DNA from: the human T2T-CHM13v2.0 reference genome, Homo sapiens
Length of the DNA stretch: 64,000 nucleotides
NCBI RefSeq assembly: GCF_009914755.1
Contig: NC_060947.1
Direction: 5' to 3' (one strand)
Part shown: positions 58,341 to 64,000 of the stretch, in pieces
How the letters are laid out: every line of letters starts with the position of its first letter
Position numbering within the stretch: the first letter of the stretch is position 1
Made by a program: the position numbers and the translations under genes
The notes under the pieces: generated by a model
The model's input: the letters and a program-made list of their open reading frames with translations, nothing else
Database searches by the model: none
What the model was told of the DNA's origin: nothing

Positions 58341-60348
58341 GTAAGTATTTTCTGAAAATTGCTTTTTCGTGAAGATGAGTGATTCAATAGACCCCAAATA
58401 TTTTGCATTGACAAGTCAGGAGTGAAGGTCAATTCTAGAACTACAGTCATTTTTGTGCATACAAAATTCCAGCCAGGCTTCGGCTAATGGCAAGACAGAA
58501 AAGTTTAAAAAGATGTGGTTCAGAGTTATTTAACTATTTGATCTTTAAGCCAAATTATAGCCATAAAAATATCTGCTAATAAGATGGCAAGCACCATGCC
58601 ATTTTAGGGAGGCAGGACAAAGTTAACTCCACTGCAGTGATTTTTCAATGATTCACTCAATAATGAAAGACCAATGAAATATTCATTGATATATGGTAAG
58701 TGCTGTTTAATAAAACCAAAGGCATAATAGTGCTGAAAATGTGAAGGCACTTGCTCAGCCAATTATCCAAGCCTTCATGATAATTTTTATATTAATACTA
58801 AAATGCCCTAGCCTAAGATAGAAAAGCATCCACTATAATGCTGATTGGAGGCTCAGGGAACTCACCTGCGCCTGAGGCCTTATTTAGAGTTCTATCTGCT
58901 TGGGACAGCTCAGTCTTAATAGCAGTGGAGTAGGGGCCCAAAAACCGTTGACCTGGTGCTGAAGCTGCCCTTGGCTTCCAGGGTAAGCTAAGAGGGCCCC
59001 TTCCTCTATCTGGGCTTGTTCTTTATCGCTAAAATGAAGGGGTTGGACCCAATGCCCTCGAAGTCCCACTGAAGAGATGTCTCTTATAGAGAGTGAGTTC
59101 GAATCCCAGTTCTGTGTCAGCTGTGAAGTTAGCTAACTTGCCTGAGCATCAGTTCCTCCTCTGATTCCAAAATACCCCTTACCAGCCCAAGCCCACACCC
59201 CTCAGTGATGGGAAGGGAAACTAGATGACTGTGGACATAGACCGCTTTATAACTCCAAGCTGCTTTTTCAGTTTTTCATCATTTCAAAATTCCTGCATCT
59301 CTGATCAAAATAATTTCTTCAAGAATAAAACAGTCTCTACTGCCACTTTATAAGTATCTAGAAAACGTACTCCAAAAGCAACGGGACAATGAACTCTACT
59401 TTGAAATCATAAAAACATTCAGTGCGAGGGAACAGATCCATTGAAAACTACACATTAACTCAATTACTTCACTGAAAGGAAGCACTGTTTAAAATGTTGA
59501 ATTAGGTCTTACTCTTATATTGACGAACAAAAGAGAAAGAGTGCTTCTCTCTTAAGAGAAAAAATAAGTTCAGAAAATAAAAATAACCGGAGAAAGGCCC
59601 AGCTCTGTTTTCCCTGAGCACAGAGTAAAGTAAGGGCAAGGGCAGGTAAGCAGCTATTAAAGAATCACTGGGGAAAAAAGCGTTTTTTTAAAAAAAATTC
59701 TGAAACGCAAGAACTCAAACACAACCTAAGCTTGGGAAGTTGCATGAAAAGCCTCCTGAAATGATTCTTAAGCAGATTTTGCATGAAGAAAGCACATTCC
59801 CTTTGGTAGGCCACAGAGCTTTTGACTGAGGCAACTCAAAACAGTCACTCAGGGGTTATGTCTCGTTCATTCAGCAAATGCTTTGCGTGCATCTGTAGCA
59901 CGATGGGCTGGGGACAGAAAGCTGAATTTGATATGGTCCCTGCACTCCAGAAGCACACAGTCCAGTGGAAGGAGGTGACAGGTATGAACAAGGTGCTGTG
60001 GAAGCCTAGGAGAAGGAGCTTGGGCCTCCCTGCGTGACCAGGAAGGGCTTCTTGTCTGCAAGCAAGATTATGGCCTTGTTTCTCTGTGAATGAGGGTGGT
60101 GTCCCCCAAGGAGGGCTCTCACAGCACCTTCCAGGAGCAGCACCCTCTGACTTCAAACCCTCCTAGGCTGGCTAGCAATTGGGGAAGTCAGCTGCCCAGA
60201 GGTGGTTAAGGGCTCTGCAGGAAATTATATGGAGAGATGAGCAGAGGGTTAAGAACAGACATTCAGGAACTGCTTCCATGGAAGCTGGAGAAAGAAAGTG
60301 CAAAGAAGCAATTGGAAGGAGAAGCAGAAAAATCTGCTGAGTTTACAG

Positions 60349-60694
60349 CAGGGGCCAGGAAACTTTTTATTTAAAGCACCAGACACTATATATTTTGGGC
60401 TTTGTGCTAAGAGGTGAAACCAAGGCTACTATGTAGAAAAATATGAGAGAAAACAAATTTTCACAAAATTTTTACTGATAAGATTCAAAATATAATAACA
60501 ATTACATATAATTTTTGAAATACAAGTCTATTGGTGAGAAGAATGTAAATCTTTTTCATAACATTTTGCTTAATTGGGGTTCAAAGTTAGTGTTCCCTCT
60601 CAACAAATCGATTGCAAATGTTCATCTTTCGCAAACTATTCAGAGCTTACAGGCCATACAGAAACACAAGATGGGCCAGATTTGCTGACTCTTG
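60349..60694. mobile_element. MER58-like hAT-Charlie MITE
   Basis: caggggccaggaaacttttt...aaag..ccaga...atattttgggctttgtg start and tgggccagatttg...gactcttg end. Confidence 0.65.
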
Positions 60695-61414
60695 ACACAG
60701 GGTTCTGGAATCCACATTGTGGAGAGTTTAAAAAGGCTGAGCAACAATTTCGAATGTCACAGAGAGATAATAAAAAGAAAGAAGCTGGGCAAACATGGAT
60801 GGCAGGACTTTGAGGTGACATGGTGGAATGGAAAGAGAATGAAGAGAATGGGCTTTGGAGGAAAATGGACCTGCTATTAGATCCTGGCTTTTTGGCTCTC
60901 TGGGCTCTGTGGCCCTCAGGACAGAGCTGAACTTCTCTGAGGCCAGAAACAGTGGCAGCAGAACTTTCCCTGCAGAGTTATGGTGAGGCTTGGACAGAAT
61001 ATTGGTGAAGCCCTGAACTATGCTTGGCACATAGAGACTGTGCAACAAATGATGGCTGCTGCAGCTACTGTTGCCATGATTACTGTTGTAATTGTTACCT
61101 ATTTAAGTTAGAAAAGATAATGATCCTACCTCTAGAATTCCCACAGCACTTGGTTAGCACCACAGTTTTGGCACTTACTCCAGATTGCCAGAAAAGAATG
61201 TAATTTGCTCCTCTAGTATACTCTTTGCTCTTTTGCAATAAGTAGCCATCCATCCTATCATTCCCCAAATATTTATTGAGTGCCTACCTTGTGTGAGACA
61301 CTCTGCCAGGCCTTTTGTAGACATATCCCCTATCCTCATGCTATATATGCTCTTCTCCTTCTACCTTCCAGAGCACTTTATATGTAGTAGATACTAAACA
61401 AAGAATAGAAGCAA

Positions 61415-61502
61415 GTCATTCATTTATTCAGCTGGTGTTCATTGAGAACATATACGCCAGACACTGTTCTAGATACTGAAGTATGGCACAGAGTGAAATA
61501 GA

Positions 61503-61535
<33 letters not shown>

Positions 61536-61900
61536 GCCCTCATCAAGGTCACATTCTGTTGAAGGAGAAAGATAACAACAAACATGTGGCATACTAGGTT
61601 GTGGGAAGTGTCATGGAGAAAACTGAAACAAGGAAGGCAGGCAGAAAGGGCTGCTGAGGATAGGGGAGGGAGCAGTGGTACCATGCTGAATCTTGAGTAG
61701 GGATTTTAGAGAAGGATGATGGTAGAGAAAGCCATGGCAATGCTGGAGGAGTTTCTTCCAAGCATAGGGATGGCAGCTGCCTCTGAAGCAGGAGGGAGCA
61801 TGCCTGACAAGTTCAAGGAACAGCATGGCAGAGTGTGGCTTAGAGGTGAGAGGATGGTGGGTTGGACCAGGGTGGTAGTGGCGGAAGTGGTGGGAAGCAT
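61415..61900 (-). mobile_element. L2 3' fragment
   Basis: tcattcatttattca...attgag...gccagacactgttctagatactg...ctgccctcat. Confidence 0.7.
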
Positions 61901-62562
61901 GTGCTTCTGTGTGCATGCTCATTTGCATGTGCCATGGAAATGTGGAAAAAAGGGTGAGATCTGCAAGCAGATACACACAAAGAACAGGAAGGGAAACCCC
62001 ACGCAGTGATGAGAGCTAAGTCAGAGTTGGAGAGCACACTGAAGTGAGTGGGCCCTGCATCAGCCCTCTCTTAGCCACAGTCACAACTTCTTAGGCAGGT
62101 TTTCATTTAATGAGCACAAGGTAGTGTGCAGACATGTGCATCAGAATATGTCAGACCTTAGAGCCTGGTGTGAGAACAGTAACAATTGAAAACAGACACT
62201 TATCCTAGCTGTTCTTGCCTCCACCACTGAGTATTTAAAATAAATAAATTAGAGAATAGTAGGGAGAAAAGTCCCCAATAACACTTCAGTGTAATAAAGT
62301 AAAAAGGGCTTTTCAAGATGTATGTGGTAAAGAGAGATGATTTGGTTTCTCCTGTGACTCCTGGACATGATTGGAAATCATTGAATCCAACCTTTTCTTG
62401 CAGTCAAGAAAAGTAAGGCCGAGCAAGGAGAAGGGATATGCTCAGGGGCACACAGCAATTTTATGGCAGGGCCAGGGCTAGAGTCCACATCTCCTGGGAT
62501 TCCAGCACCTCTTTCCCTGCACCATGTGGTCTCTCTTTCCCTTTTGTTTTCTTTTTTTCTGT

Positions 62563-62847
62563 CTTTTTTTTGGGAGATGGAGTCTCACTCTGTCACCCAG
62601 GCTGGAGTGCAGTGTCTTGGCTCACTGCAACCTCTGCCTTCTCAGATCAAGTGATTCTCCTGCTTCAGCCTCCCAAGTAGCTGGGACTACAGGCGTGTGC
62701 CACCATGCCCAGCTAATTTTCGTATTTTTAGTAGAGACGGGGTTTCACCATGTTGGCCAGGCTGGTTTTCGAACTCCTGACCTCAGGTGATCCGACCCCC
62801 TTGGCCTCCCAAAGTACTGGGATTACAGGCATGAGCCCCTGTGCCTG

Positions 62848-62850
<3 letters not shown>
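62563..62850 (-). mobile_element. Alu (AluS-like), antisense
   Basis: T-tail, gagatggagtctcactctgtcacccaggctggagtgcagt...gcctggcc, with a small internal deletion. Confidence 0.93.
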
Positions 62851-62889
<39 letters not shown>

Positions 62890-63035
62890 ATACAGCCTTG
62901 CTCTGACTCCCAGGCTGGAGCACAGTTGTGCGATCATGGCTCACTGCAGCCTCAGTCTCCTGGGCTCAAGCAATCCTCTCGCTTCAGCCTCCCGAGTAGC
63001 TGCAACTACAGGCACACGTCACATGCCTTTCTAAC
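62851..63035 (-). mobile_element. Alu right monomer (AluJ/FRAM-like) with T36 tail; the AluS sits in its tail
   Basis: gatcatggctcactgcagcctc...cctgggctcaagcaatcctc are J-type features. T-run at 62851-62886. Confidence 0.85.
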
Positions 63036-64000
63036 TTCTTTCGACATTTGTGGCACATGACAACTTTGTCATTTTCTCTAAGAATTACAGACGAGAAAGT
63101 CTTTCTTTCTTGCCATAAATTGACATTTAAGAGTTAATGACTAACACTGGGGAAAAAGACTAGGAAATAGCTTTTGCAACCTACCACAACAAAGAAACCC
63201 AGCTTTCACTGCCTTTTTGTCATTTCACTGTCTTCTGTGCCTAGACCCCTTAGCTTGGACATCTCCTCATCCCACTCCTACCTTAAGAATAAATCTTTCT
63301 ATCAAGAAGTGACGAAGTAGCTCAGAAATTATAAACATAGCAGAAACACTCTCGAACCCATTCACACCAGACAAGCACAGAGCAAGTGTGAGGATGAACT
63401 TGCTCCCTCAGACCAGACCAGAACATACCAGAAAATAGATGGTTTGCAGAAATGGTCCAACTCTGTCCTATAGCTGTAGGCACAGCCTGTGTGAGTCTCA
63501 AGAGCATTGCAGTTGTAATTGTTCCCAGATCTAGTCAGCAGCATTTCAGCATTTTGGTATGCTACAATTGCTGTTTCCCCAAATCATCTGTATGTGCTGC
63601 CCGTCAGGGTGCACATCTGTTCTGGGAGCCACACTGGAAAACTAGAGTTGCCAACAATAGCAACTGGTAAGGGGGTGGGGGGTGGGGCAGAAGACAGAGT
63701 TCCTTGATTGTGTGATAAGGTGTGTTCAGAGGAATAATGAAGAGATTCTTTCAAACATGCAGACTCATGGAGTCCTAAAGACATCTTCCCTCCATTTCAT
63801 TTACTCACTCATTATGTTCTGTCCTGAAAAATTGATGCGTTTGCCTGGGCAGATGTTCATAGTGTGACTGGAGGAGGAGAGAGAACCAGAGGGGCACACA
63901 GACCTTGCTTTAGTGACTGTTCCTGGGCAAGCCTTCAGGTTCCTTAGGTAGCCAGATCTAACCCTGGGCCCTGGAAGAAAAACGACCCCCATGCTGTATA

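Noticed and set aside
61504-61533. A30 tract as a tail-only retroinsertion
   Set aside because: No TSD, and it sits at an A-rich position of the host L2, so simple expansion explains it.

Overview
This is eukaryotic DNA, almost certainly human chrX, inside the AFF2 (FMR2/FRAXE) gene on the + strand. Bases 1-31135 are one long intron. Ten GT-AG coding exons between 31136 and 58340 splice in frame (160+1011+122+223+290+64+137+72+94+53 = 2226 nt). They encode the Ser-rich region, KWQLDKW motif, AF9/ENL-binding motif, Thr-rich tract and most of the C-terminal homology domain. Exon numbers 10-19 are recalled from the canonical 21-exon transcript and are not derivable from this window. The rest is transposon-derived: a young 5'-truncated L1HS with pre-Ta diagnostics, an AluYa5, older Alus, solo LTRs, Tigger/hAT MITEs, MIR and L2. 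Nearly all short ORFs in the track are spurious. I see no new multi-gene system. The best leads concern RNA processing and recent insertions: complementary AC/GT repeats bracketing one intron, a reconstituted 5' splice site at a 72-nt exon, an L1HS without a clear TSD and with a possible 3' transduction, decoy donors, and a hairpin fused to a perfect 30-bp duplication.
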